NCBI GenBank assembly: GCA_964234715.1
Contig: OZ174279.1
From: Podarcis melisellensis
Lineage: Eukaryota
Length of the DNA: 64,000 nucleotides
Reading direction: 5' to 3' (one strand)
The position numbers and the translations under genes are program-made. This document shows, one piece after another, positions 25,251 to 36,899 of the stretch. Within the stretch, counting starts at the first letter, position 1. Each line of letters begins with the position of its first letter. The notes under the pieces are model-generated. The model was not told the DNA's origin. It worked only from the letters and a program-made list of their open reading frames with translations, and did no database searches.

Positions 25251-25559
25251 GACACAGCAAACCCTCCTGAGGTCGATGAGGGTGTTTAGACATCATCTGC
25301 AGTGCACCTGGGGAACGGAGTGTAACTCTAGGAATGGAAGCCTGACTGAAATCAGTATCAATTTAAGGACTTCCTACAAAATCAGTACATATTAAGGGCA
25401 GCTGCATAAATCAGCTTAGCTTTACAGAAGGCTTCATAACTGTATTATTTAATGTAATAATAACCTTGTCCTTTCTCTGTGGGAATGAAGTAAGTGAACA
25501 TACATTTTCACTATAGATCCCACTATATTTTGACCCTGGAAACAATATAACTTTTTTAT

Positions 25560-26215
25560 TTTACATGCTACACCTTAAGAACAATCTTGTACAACAAACT
25601 AAATTTATATTTTCATATAAATTGTAACTCATTTTCAACACCATTTCCTATTATAATATTTATATTTTAATGCTCTCTCATAAATGGTTTTAATTTTGGT
25701 CTAGTTATAGTAGTCCATTTCCTTCATGAAGCTAATCCATGGTGTTTTAGCAAATGATAGGTTTTGCCTGTAAATAAATCATGATTCAATTCCCTCAATG
25801 CAATTAATTCCACATTCTTATTCCAATATTATAGCTTCTAGTGATCGTCCAGCAAATACTATTGCATACGCTCATTAGCTTTCTTTTCATTTTACAGTAT
25901 ACGATCATTATCTCCTAGGAGGCAAACTAACCACTGTTTGTCCCTAATCACTATTGAATCTAACTATTCTATTTTCTGTGTTGTAATTCTTACCACTGGA
26001 AAGCTCCTGTGCCTCCAAGACGTCATCTGACAAACTGGGAAACTTTATTCAGGTTTCTTCATTTACCCACAAGAAGGATGAAATTGCCATTTGAATCAGA
26101 GCTCTTATTCTAATCCTAACATCCCATCTTCCTTTGTTATATGATCTAAGAGCATCTTGTAAATCATCTACACTGCTCATCTGCTCATTTTCTAATGACA
26201 GATTTTAGTCCTGAT
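25560..26215 (-). mobile_element. Old L1/Tx1 ORF2 fragment
   Basis: Minus strand ISSFLWVNEET*IK...GG...FPVVR resembles the post-RT region of L1 ORF2; heavily decayed. Confidence 0.45.
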
Positions 26216-26960
26216 TATGTCAAGGTAGCAAATTTAAAATGCATGTGCAGGAACTAGGCTTGCTTGAGGAATCCAGTACTTGAGATTTTAGAGGATGAAG
26301 TGTTAGTGACACAAGAAGACCTGTTCTATATAGCTGCCATGTTACATACTCCTGTTGTGTCACGCCAGGCAAGATTGGCCTTACCATTAGGCAGAGTGAG
26401 AAAATCACCTCAGGGGCAGATGCTGAAGGGCAACAGACCCCCCCAACCATCCTCAAGAGTCCCCACATCTCTAGCCATTGGAGAACAAAACTATACGTGC
26501 CACAGGCCTGTCATACTCACACATCCTTTTAAACTAACTTGCTACCCTCAGGTGAATTAAAATGGCAGCCCCAAGCCACAACATTTGTAGGTTAGAATGG
26601 TTTTTGTTGCTGGTGGTGCAACTTGGGTCAGTGTAAGGAGATGGAAGGGAAGATGGGGTCAGGCCTTCTGAAGGAATTTGGTTATTGTCAACTGGTGCCA
26701 ACTCCTGGCACTGTAACCATGCTTCATTCACCATGGCAGCTGGCAGAAATTTAAAGTATGTCCAAGGAGGCTAAAGATTATCCCTAGGCCTCTTCTGCTT
26801 GTTTCACAAAGGAAAATCAATTTATATAATGTAACCTCCTTGTACCTCAAACCTCTCACAGCACCAATCTTTTGCCCACAGTATATCGCATTGACACTTA
26901 ATATTCAGTTCTAAAAACCTTACCGATATTTTAGAGAAATGAAAAATCCACATTTTAAAA

Positions 26961-28185
26961 CCTACAGCTGCTGTTCATGGCTGAAAAATGATATTCCAGG
27001 GACTTAATACAATAAAAAAAATATTATTAAAGTAAATCTACTGTATTGTGAGATCTTGTATTACATGCAGCACAGCCATAATACATCATATAATTTCATT
27101 AATTAAAAAGAAAATCAATTACTAACGCTTACATTATTCTGAAGCCTTGCTGTGTAACCACCACAAATATTCATTTAAGTAACAAGTACCAAATGAAAGA
27201 ATGCCGTTTATGCTACATTTAGTCCATATGTGTCAAAGACAAATATGAATCATTCTTTCATTTGTTGCTCCAAAAGAATCTTAAGCAAGAACAAATGAAG
27301 TAGTATGAAATCAAGAAGACTTTGAAATGCTAACAAAATTGAGTGCTTCCTAGTGTGCTGCTTGGTGGAATTGTAAACAGACCAGTGGGAGAAAACAAAG
27401 GTCAAATAAACATGGCTAATATAAAAATGTTCACTCAATAATGTGCTAGACGGGCAACTTGATACATGCAGCTCTAAAGGTGTGAGCAGCAATACTGACT
27501 TGGGTGACATCACAAATCATGTCAATCAATTAATTGTCTGTCATCATGCACTCCATGCTGCCTGGAATCCTATGACATTCCCTAATGTAAGTCAGAGCTG
27601 GAAAGGGAGAAGAGCAGCTAGTAACAATAGAACGATAGACTCAGTGGAAGGGTCCAAAGTGGGGGAATGTAGCATCAAATTCACTTTGTCTAAGCCCCCT
27701 TCTTGCATTACCTGAGAGAGAGGGGTCTATACAATGAACTGGGAGTCTGCACTGCTGGCCCTGCCTCTGGCAGTGTGCAATGAGGATGCACATCTGAAAA
27801 GAAGCCCTTGCGTTTCAGCTGCTCATGCATACAGGTTCCATACTACTAGAATGACCACACAAATGTTGGTGCGAGGCCAGCCCATCTGCACTATGCTGTG
27901 GATGAAGCCAGTAGTGAAAGAGAGAAAGGCCCAGTGGGCAGCTTTCAAAGTCAGGTTAGTTTAGAAAATAAGTTGAGCTATGGCCAATGGGTGTTATTTT
28001 CAAAGCTTATCTTAGAAGACAATCTTATGTGAGTTGAGAAGAAGTCACCCATCCCCAACAGAGTCCTTCCCCCCATCGCTTTTGATAGGGCATTAGATCA
28101 CTTTAACAAATTAGTAAATTGTTTGGTATGTTCATCCCAATTACAGTTTGGAAAGCACATAGCATATGGGGGGAGCCAGGTAATG
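26961..28185 (+). pseudogene. Dynein relics, AAA6 (several exons)
   Basis: HG*KMIFQGL (26976-27005) ~ EGHIIPQGI; LDTCS...LIVCHHAL ~ LEMCS...LCYFHAV; exon at 28147 after attacag: FGKHIAYGG ~ FGEIMYGG. Confidence 0.55.
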
Positions 28186-29256
28186 TCAAGTGTCTAGATG
28201 TTCCCATGATGAGTCATTCCATCAAAGAGTGAAGTCCTGCAGTAATTTCACTATCCTGGCCAAGATGTCAAACTGGGTACCTGAATCTACACTGTGTGTC
28301 AAAAGACAGATTTTTCATGAGACTTGATTTTGGCTTTGCAGTGTCGTCATAATACCAATCAGTATTTTTTTGTAAGCAGGATTCCCTCTTTTGAAAGTAA
28401 TCAACTTAGCCAGGTGTCAGAGGAAAATGCTACTTCCTCAGTCAAGGAATTTTGGAACGGGGCTGCCCCTCAGCTGAAATAGGATTTTTTTTTCCTGTTG
28501 TGGACTCAGAAACAGTAGCAAGATGATTTACAGGTAAGCACTTAGTTCTCCCATTTGACTATTCACAGCTCCAATAAGTGACTTGAATTGTGTATGTGTA
28601 ATGAAATGTCAGCCCATCTCTTTCCCAAGTTACTCTCCTACCCCAATCTCATTACGTTCCTCTTCGTCATATTGAACTGTACTCATCACTAATCTACTTA
28701 CCTGTATGCCAAACCAAGTAATTTTAAAATGTATTATTCTTTGCTTTTTGTATTGACTCCATCTCCATCTCCACCTCCCCCCCTTCCCCATTTAGTATCA
28801 TTGGTACGGGACTCATAGTATCCATCCATTCATTTTCCTTCTTTCAAGCCATTGATATTTAAAGTGAATAATGTTGTTCTAACATTGATCTTGTTGCGCT
28901 TCACTAACTGCCAAGAATAAACAATATAAGTTTATGGCATTGATTTCATGGATTTCAATTTCCCCCCCAATCATGTTCTTGTTAAGCACCTTGTAAAATG
29001 CTTCATGTCACATACTCATCTCCTTTGCTTCATGATCTAAGTGTACCCAATAGGCTTCGCCTTGGGATTCCCCCCCCCCCGCCTTCCCCTAGTGGCTGGC
29101 ACACTGCTGGTCAATGGAAACAGATCTAATAAAAACATCAACCATAATAGCACATGTAAAGTTGTTCTGCTACATGTGTGCTGCTGTGCTCAACCTGCTG
29201 CTATCCAAGCTGTTCCCAATCTTGCAACTTTCCATTGTATATTCAGCATCTTGCAG

Positions 29257-29628
29257 AGTTCTGAAAAAGTCAAATGCAAAAACAGACTACTTTCTTTAGC
29301 AATGCAAGACTAGCTTCTGAAAAGACTACATTTCAACATCAGCTCAGCCACAGACACTGGTAGAAGTCGTGGCTGCATATCCTAATTCAGAATCTGCACT
29401 TAAGCATGCCTATTTCTAAGACAATTAGTCTGTGGGTAACATTTTTTCTGGGGTCAACGGCCCTATCCTAGAAAAATGCAATTATGGCATGTTCCTTCCA
29501 GAGGAAATCATAGGGTAAAGAAAGGCAAGTCTTTATAGTAATAGTTTCCTGTAAAGATACTTGTGCATTCCTTTCAACGACAGTGTCTGCATCTTGAGCA
29601 TTTTTGTCTCCAATATCCTATCATAACA

Positions 29629-29659
<31 letters not shown>

Positions 29660-31640
29660 CTGTCTCTCTCTCTCTGTGTGTGTATGCAATGAATACCAAC
29701 AAAATGGACTATCCTGAGCAATAAAAGTTGAAAATTCAAAGCAGCTGAAAGGAACTAAAAAAGAAGGTGCCTTCTGAATTTTGGCATATCATCCCAATTT
29801 GTGCTTCTGTGTGCATATGTGATTTGAAAGAGAATGAGTTATATTTTCTTTTTCCTGCTTAGCTGTTTTCACAGGCCTGGAGTAGAGAATATTTTTGTGA
29901 ACTGTGTATGCCTAACCAAGACTCTTTGAACAAATCTGAATGGGCTTCCTGATGACACTGCATTCAGAAGACAGCACAGAAAATGTGTACACAGAAAATG
30001 TAAACCCTAGTAATCTCCTTGCAGCTGAGACTGCCATGCTTTAAATCCCCCATTCATAAATTATGTTGCATTCTGAAACCATATTCCTAATACCATGTCT
30101 CTGGAAAACCACCACCACCACAGTAACTTCCATTTCATGTAAATGAAAATGAACATTAGATGCAATGGGTGTAAAAAAAACTAAAGACTATCATGCTATC
30201 ATGTTCATAGATGGCTGTGGATGAGAAGATGAAAATGTATTTTCCATTACATACAGTATATGAGTGAGTCATCTATGAAAGGTTGTAGCTCAGTAGTACA
30301 GCATCTGCTTTGCATGCAGGTTCCACTCCTGGCATCTCCAAGAAGGGCTGGGAGAGACCCCTGACTGAAAAGCTGGAGACCCTCTGCCAGTCAATATAAC
30401 CATTACTGAACTAGATGAAACAATGGTATGACTCAGTATATGGTACCTTCCTATGTTCCTATAACTCAGCCCCTCCCAAACATCATTATAAGCATGATAA
30501 TAATAATATGTTTGGAAACACCCTACCAAAGCCCTGCATGCATAAATGAGACTGTTGTCCCATGTATTATTATTACTGTGTATTAAATGCCAGCTCTCAG
30601 TTCCATGCACGTCAGTGACTGAATATTTCAGTGATGCCACATCTTCTGCTATTAAGGAAGTTCCTTGTTTTGATCCAGTTAAACAACTGAGTAATGTGCA
30701 GCAGGTACTTTACTGAAAAGCATCACAGTGCAACAAATATCTTAGTTCTTCAAAAGGCAATTATGAAACCTTTATACGGTTATCTATTTTCCTCGATAAA
30801 TAACACTTTTTGGGATAAGTTTGATCAGGGACCAAGGGAAGCCACATTTTTTCAGAATGAGGAGACATTAATCTGTTTTCTCTCCAGCTGAGATATTCTC
30901 CCCAACTGCAGTTGTTGGCCGGTGGGCCAAAAAATTTAAGCTGACAAAAGAGAAATACAAGTTTGTATGAGCATTGTGGCTCATCCATCTGCAGTATGCA
31001 TAACCTCACAGCTGTTTAAAAGCAGGAGAGGAGAGAATGAAAGTCAACTGAGGAATCAGCAAAACTACTTATATTGAACGTATGTGTGAGTCAAGCCCAG
31101 CCATTGTGATTAATGTGCATGATACCAGTTTGTATTTCAAAGTTTGTGGCTTCTGTTGTAATCCGAGCATTTCAGCATTGACCTCATGCATAAGAAATTA
31201 AAGATATTGTGAAAAAGAAACTATTGAAAGAAATGACTATACTGATGCTTTGATTCTCACACTCATAGGTAGGGCACATTTTTTCTCACCATACATTAGA
31301 ACAATATGTTCTACTTGTAGGATTGTATGTACGGGTTCACAGAAACACTTTATCCAAAATTAGTGGGAGTTTTCCTTCAGTCATCTTATGACTGACATAC
31401 ATTGCACTGAATCTAAAAGTTCCCTTGCTCCAGTGAAGAATGGGAACTAACCCATGTGGTCCTCAGTTATGTGACAGATCCAAGCTGCTTTAGGATGAGG
31501 TCAACATGCATGATTATCCTGAGGCTGGATTAACTTAAAGGGACATGAAATCCTCATATGTGTTGGATCCTTGGTACAATTCATTTCCATGTGGATTCAC
31601 TGTGAGACCAAGTAAAATAAGCAGACCATGTGGTAACAGA
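29257..31640 (+). pseudogene. Dynein relics, C-terminal domain (several exons)
   Basis: 29257 SSEKVK ~ REEKVK; 30888 EIFSPTAVVGRWAKKFKL ~ FFNPQSF...ARK; 31321 LVGVFLQSSYD ~ IHGLFMEGACWD; ~31580-31635 HCETK*NKQTMW ~ NLKTKENPSKW. The first three follow AG acceptors. Confidence 0.5.
30286..30460 (+). mobile_element. tRNA-derived squamate SINE (Squam3-like)
   Basis: gtagctcagtagtacagcat A-box, ggttccactcct B-box, 3' cttcctatgttcct tail. Confidence 0.75.
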
Positions 31641-33229
31641 ACACTGATTGTGTAAATAACCTCCTAGAGCCAAGGCCAGATATAGTTCCAAATATGCAAA
31701 TAATACTTTTTATATGCTATAATTGCAACAATTTATTGAGCAAATGCATATTGAGTCCCAGTGTAAAATTCAATATAACATAATGGTTAATGTTGCTTGT
31801 TTCTGTTTAATTCAATCAATTCCCCTGTCTTTTTTCACAACATTTTCAATGAATATGATGATAACCAGGCAACAGCCACAAAAGGCAGCCCAGAAAATAT
31901 CACTCTACAACCCTCTTAATACACTTCTTCTCTGAACCTCTAGTTGGTAGGCCAATGCTTTTCAAACAAAGGTCAGAAGTAAACAAAAAGTACTCAATTC
32001 AATCTGCCTGCAATATTTTATGAAGTGAAGACCTTTTATAAATCTTGGCCTAGGCTGAGTTGCAGCCTATCAATAGGCAAAGCAAAACTTGTCTGGCATC
32101 AGCAGCATATGCTAAAGAGCTGTCTGCACAGCACTGAGGCCAAACTGTCTGCAACACATTTGTTACAACTCTCCCATCCCAGGGCAGGCTAAAACAAATT
32201 TATCAGGCGCAGATCTGTATAAAGCCTTTGCCTGATGTTCTAGTGATGTTGGGCATATAGTCAATCTATACAAAACTTGAATTAATTTAGGGAGAGTCTT
32301 ATGTGAGGAGAAAAAGCAATACATTGTGTTTGTTGAATGCAGTTCAGAAAGCAGATGAGAGCTCTCATATACACACACCTTAATGTACAACACACACACA
32401 CATCACTGCATACTCTGCGGGGGTATAGCACTAGGACTCCTATATGGCCATTCTAGGAGTTCAGAGTGACAAGGAGATAGGAGGAGGAATGAGTGATTCT
32501 GTGGTATCAGATGAATGATACTGCTCTTCAGAATTTCATGCCTCCCTTCTTGCTTCAAACGATGTATTTTGTCAACGCTCTCTTACACATGGTCAGGGCG
32601 TAACACCTGCAAATGGATATGTGCTGATTTGGGGTATTCTTCCAGACAGAGGTCACATTCACAGGGGCCTGGTTGAGCACTGCTTTCTTTAGTTGAGAAA
32701 AGATTGTCAGGCTTTATCATTCTCCAATGATTAATGAAAAAGGAAACTGCATCCAAAAATTATGAAAGGAAAAAGGAAATGTTCGTGGAATTCTCATGGG
32801 TGGTGTGCAGTGTTCCTGTTGCCCTAACCTGGTGGAGGGGGTGAGTGTCCTTCTGTTTATACTACAAATCTATACACTGCAGCCTCCTCAGGTGCCCAGG
32901 GAAAGATGTCAAGAAGTAAATCTTCCCATGGGACTTTTTCATATCAGGAAGTGCAGGCAGCCAGGGGGGCTGCAGAGTGCTAGAGAAATAAAAGCTTAGC
33001 TGACTTAGAATTATACAGTAAGCTCAAAATCCTGCACCCACCAAAGTTCTAAAGAAATTTTCAAGTGCAAAAAGAATAAGGCAGGAAAAATGGAAGCTTC
33101 TTTTGCAGCAGAAGGAAACTTTTGAGAAATATTTTGGCACAGAACTAGTCTCAGGCAGAGAACAAATCCAGAAGAGTTACTGACCATGCATTAGAACTTG
33201 CGCCCACTCAATTCAGAACCACCCTAGCA

Positions 33230-33803
33230 TGTCAAAGGAGAAAGATCCCACCATTTGCCATGGAAAAGGACCATGGGGATGCAATAACCCCTGAAGCCAC
33301 TAGCCCCAAGTGATCCACCTACCCCAGGAAGCCACAGAATCAAGGGACTCTATGATCCCTGACTTCACACCTACAGCTTGTTCCTCTGCCCACAGTTACC
33401 CTGAACACCTAAGGAGCAGAGATGGTGACTCGGCTGAGCTGAGGCTCAGAACAGAAGACCCAATTAAAACCTGCCATTTCTGAGTCCTACTCATGAGGAT
33501 GGGGCAAGGACTGAAGCATGCCCAGGGCTCCAGGAAGGAGTGGAGCAGGAGGAAAAGCTTTAAAAACACTAAACTGCTGCTTGTCTGCTGCTTCTGCAGC
33601 AACAGCTTCTTCTGATTAGTTCCCTGTGCCTGAGCTCTTGGCTCCCTTGCTAACTGAGAATACTTTGCCTCAGACCAGCTCCTATTGCTCTTGCTTTGCC
33701 AGACATGCCTTGCTGGTATAATAAAGAATCTAACCAAACCAGTCTCGTCTCAGGGGCATCTACCCCAACCACTTTCAGAATGATTGTTGGACTTCGTTTG
33801 ACA
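33230..33803 (+). mobile_element. Solo LTR
   Basis: TGTCAAA...TTTGACA termini, 574 bp, 5-bp TSD tagca/tagta, TATA-like tttaaaa (~33560) and AATAAA (~33720). Confidence 0.75.
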
Positions 33804-36533
33804 TAGTAGGCTACAGGTTGAGCAGATCTGACCCAATCAGCATTGTGGAAAGCATATTCTACTACTGGGCTATGATTCTTTTAGGCTCTATTTTTTTTTT
33901 TGCTCCTGATCATTATTTACATCAGGTTACCTCAGACAATACTGCCTGAGGTGCTTCAGAACCTCAGGCCAATATGCCCAAGTTACTTCAGAGCAGCAAT
34001 TCACAAACTATGGAGCACTGAAAAAAAGTATTATTATCGCATGTTTTGGTGCGAGAAAAATGGGCTGTTACATTTGCATTTGCAGCGGTTGAATTTGTTG
34101 GCATTAAACCTGCAGTGTTAGTTCCTGGTGAATGGCTTAAGACAAAAGGCATTTGCTGTATAAAACAGTATCAAGCTTTTTAAATACAAGAAAATGATTT
34201 TGCTTTAATTTGATCTCATTTCTTTCTTCTCTGAAACCTTTTTTTCCTTTCAGATAAAAAAACCCAAAACAAACAAAACACCAAATCCCTAATCAAAACA
34301 TTTTTATTTATTTTTTTGCCCAGTGGAACCTTGCTAATAAAAAGTGGGATAATTGATAGCAGTTTGCAAAAAAATTCCCCTTTAGCATTTGTAGTTGAAC
34401 TTGTCTATTTTGGCCTGAGGGACCAGGGAAAAGGGAGTGGGTGTTCTTACTGCATTATTCATCTTGCAAAGGAAATGAAATGTACAATACTCTGATGAAG
34501 ATACTTCTGTCTTTGTAACTGAGTTTATTCTGAGCAGTCTTTATAGATTACCAAATATTTAGCAGAACAAATCAGAGCCTGCAAGAATATATTTATATTG
34601 CAATTGACAGATAAATCCTGTAGGGGGAGTTTGCTTATTACTCTTCTAGTGGAACTGAATATAGAAAATAACTGTAGCGATGTTTTCATACATACAGTTT
34701 CACAGTTTAAACAAATTGCAGCATCATGCAAGTCAAAGTTGCAGACATGCAACATACACACATTTTTATAGTTGCAAAATTGATTTCCAATGGGAGAAGG
34801 GAGAACTGGAATCTCTCGCTCAGATTCCTAAATTTGACACTGCTGTCAAATTGAGGAAGTTGTGCACCTGTGTCACAGAATTCTTAGCAGCATGCAATGC
34901 AACATGACCTGGTTTTCCTCCTCATTCCTTAGCCTTTAAGGTGATAATGAGCCTAGGTAATGAGATAATGAGCCTTATACCAGGTCAGACTATTTGTCCA
35001 TCTAGCCCAGCATTGCCTACATGTTGACTCCCAAGGATTACTCTTGGCTGCGGCTCATGGTTAAGAGGAGAGACTGCACTACCGAGTGCAAAACGTCTGA
35101 GACTGCATTACTGCCAGTGGGGGACTTGCACCAGCTTCCTGATATTGAACCAGAAATTGGAAACCACTCTATCTGGTATTGGTGGGCAAGGGTCTGCAGA
35201 ACCGAAACCTGAAGAATCAGACTGCACAGAACAGGAGCTAGGATTGATACTTAGAAAAATGCAATCGTCCTCTTTGTTTTTTGGAGAAAAGTGTGCCTTG
35301 TCCTGTTTGACTTCAATCGGGATGTCTTTTTCATGTATTCAAGCTCTTCCTCCTCCTCCTCCTCCAAACTGTGTGGGCAGAGGGTGGGTCCGATGGGAGG
35401 AGGAGAGCAGAAGTTTGGGTGAGACAGGGTGGAACAATGAGGAGGATAGCCAAGAGTGAGAGCGAGAGTTATTGTGGGACATGGGCAAAAGGTGGGGTGG
35501 GGATGGGAGGAGAGAGAGAGAGTGTGTGTGTGTGTGTTTTTGTGCAGGGAGGATGGCTCTGGTGCCAGCAGAGAGAGGTTTCTTTTTGCCCTTGCAAAGG
35601 GGGCAGGTGAGTCAGACTTGGAAAGCGAGTGGGGGCGGGGGCGGGGTTTACAAATGGGCCTGCTTTGGTGGAGAGTGGAAGAGTTTGCAGGGCATGGGCA
35701 GTGAGGAAGGACAGGTGACCACAGAGCAAGATCAGAAGAAGAAAAAATATTCAAGGCACATATTCAGTGCAACGTGCAGAGCAGAGCAGAGCAGCTAAAA
35801 CGTGATGGCATTGTAAACCCAATTGCAGTGGCTTGCTTTGAAGTCATTGCTGCACCAGGTAAAATAATTTTAGCCCCCCAGTCCTCCCCAACCTTTCCCA
35901 TACTTTGCTCGACCTGTTCTTTATTTTGGCCGACCAAAGGTGGCAACCCTGGTTCTTTGTAAAGTGAAATATAAATACAGTAAATAAAAGTGCAGCTTCC
36001 CCTTCATGTATGAGAGAAGCATCACCACCCACATTGTTGCAAGAGAAGGGAAAGGGATATCTGGCAACACACTATTCTCAGTAGGAGAAGAAAGACTGCT
36101 TAGGGCCTGCAAATGTTCAAGTGAAGAATTAATATTACATTGTGGCCATTCAAGCAACCAAAGAGTAGCAGGTGCTAGAAATGGTGACTTAAATTTTCAA
36201 AGAGAACATATTTTAAGAACCCTATATTCTTTCCTTAGCTTACAGAAACTAAGCAGCTGGAGATCTGATTACGGGGCCTGGTCTTGGTGCCTATTTTATG
36301 CAGGATTTCTAATTTTGTAATATGGGTTTTGTCTAATATAGAGATTTTCCAAGAAATTTTCCTCAATATTATGCATTTTTTTATTACCCACATTCCCACT
36401 AGTATATGCATTTTTACTCACTCTCCCCCTATTAAACACTTTTGGGTACTCACTTTTTTTTTGTTTGGGAACTATACCCATATGGAGAAACAGCAGTATT
36501 TGGGTATTGAATTCTTTTGGTGCAAGTAAAGTA

Positions 36534-36899
36534 AAAGGTAAAGGTAAAGGTACCCCTGCCCGTACGGGCCAGTCTTGACAGACTCTGGGGTTGTGCGCCC
36601 ACATCACTTAAGAGGCCAGGGGCCAGCGCTGTCCGGAGACACTTCTGGGTCACGTGGCCAGCGTGACATCACTGCTCTGGCGAGCCAGAGCCGCACACGG
36701 AAACGCCGTTTACCTTCCCGCTGGTAAGCGGTCCCTATTTATCTACTTGCACCCGGAGGTGCTTTCGAACTGCTAGGTTGGCAGGCGCTGGGACCGAGCA
36801 GCGGGAGCGCACCCCGCCGCAGGGATTCGAACCGCCGACCTTTCGATCGGCAAGCCCTAGGCGCTGAGGCTTTAACCCACAGCGCCACCTGCGTCCCGC
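36534..36899 (-). mobile_element. Sauria SINE, full length, young (CpG-rich), second subfamily
   Basis: Minus strand GGGACGCAGGTGGCGCTGTGGGTTAAA head, ggttcgaatcc B-box, (ACCTTT)n tail, 12-bp TSD gcaagtaaagta (36522-36533, 36900-36911). Confidence 0.93.

Larger units (their letters stand above)
428..31640 (+). pseudogene. Decayed axonemal dynein heavy chain gene (DNAH9/11/17-like), 3' motor-domain half; 5' part upstream of window
   Basis: More than 25 collinear exon relics, many behind yyyyyNyAG acceptors, match dynein motifs in the right order (e.g. WYFCDGTNR~WGCFDEFNR, LISVLCTA~IKSVLVVA, KSVFLL~HSVFVV, GGLHKKFKLS~GHWYDRSKLS, ANILK~ANIFQ, INELL~INDLL, MADTRVTC~MNDTRETC, DYTT~NYTT, DQLLA~DQLLA, FGKHIAYGG~FGEIMYGG). 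In-frame stops and 1-nt frameshifts occur throughout. Reference motifs are from memory. Confidence 0.8.

Noticed and set aside
35145-35798. Cluster of 80-167 aa ORFs on both strands
   Set aside because: Low-complexity GA/GT-rich sequence with no recognisable protein or splice structure; probably transposon interior (ggtggcaaccct TIR-like end at ~35950).
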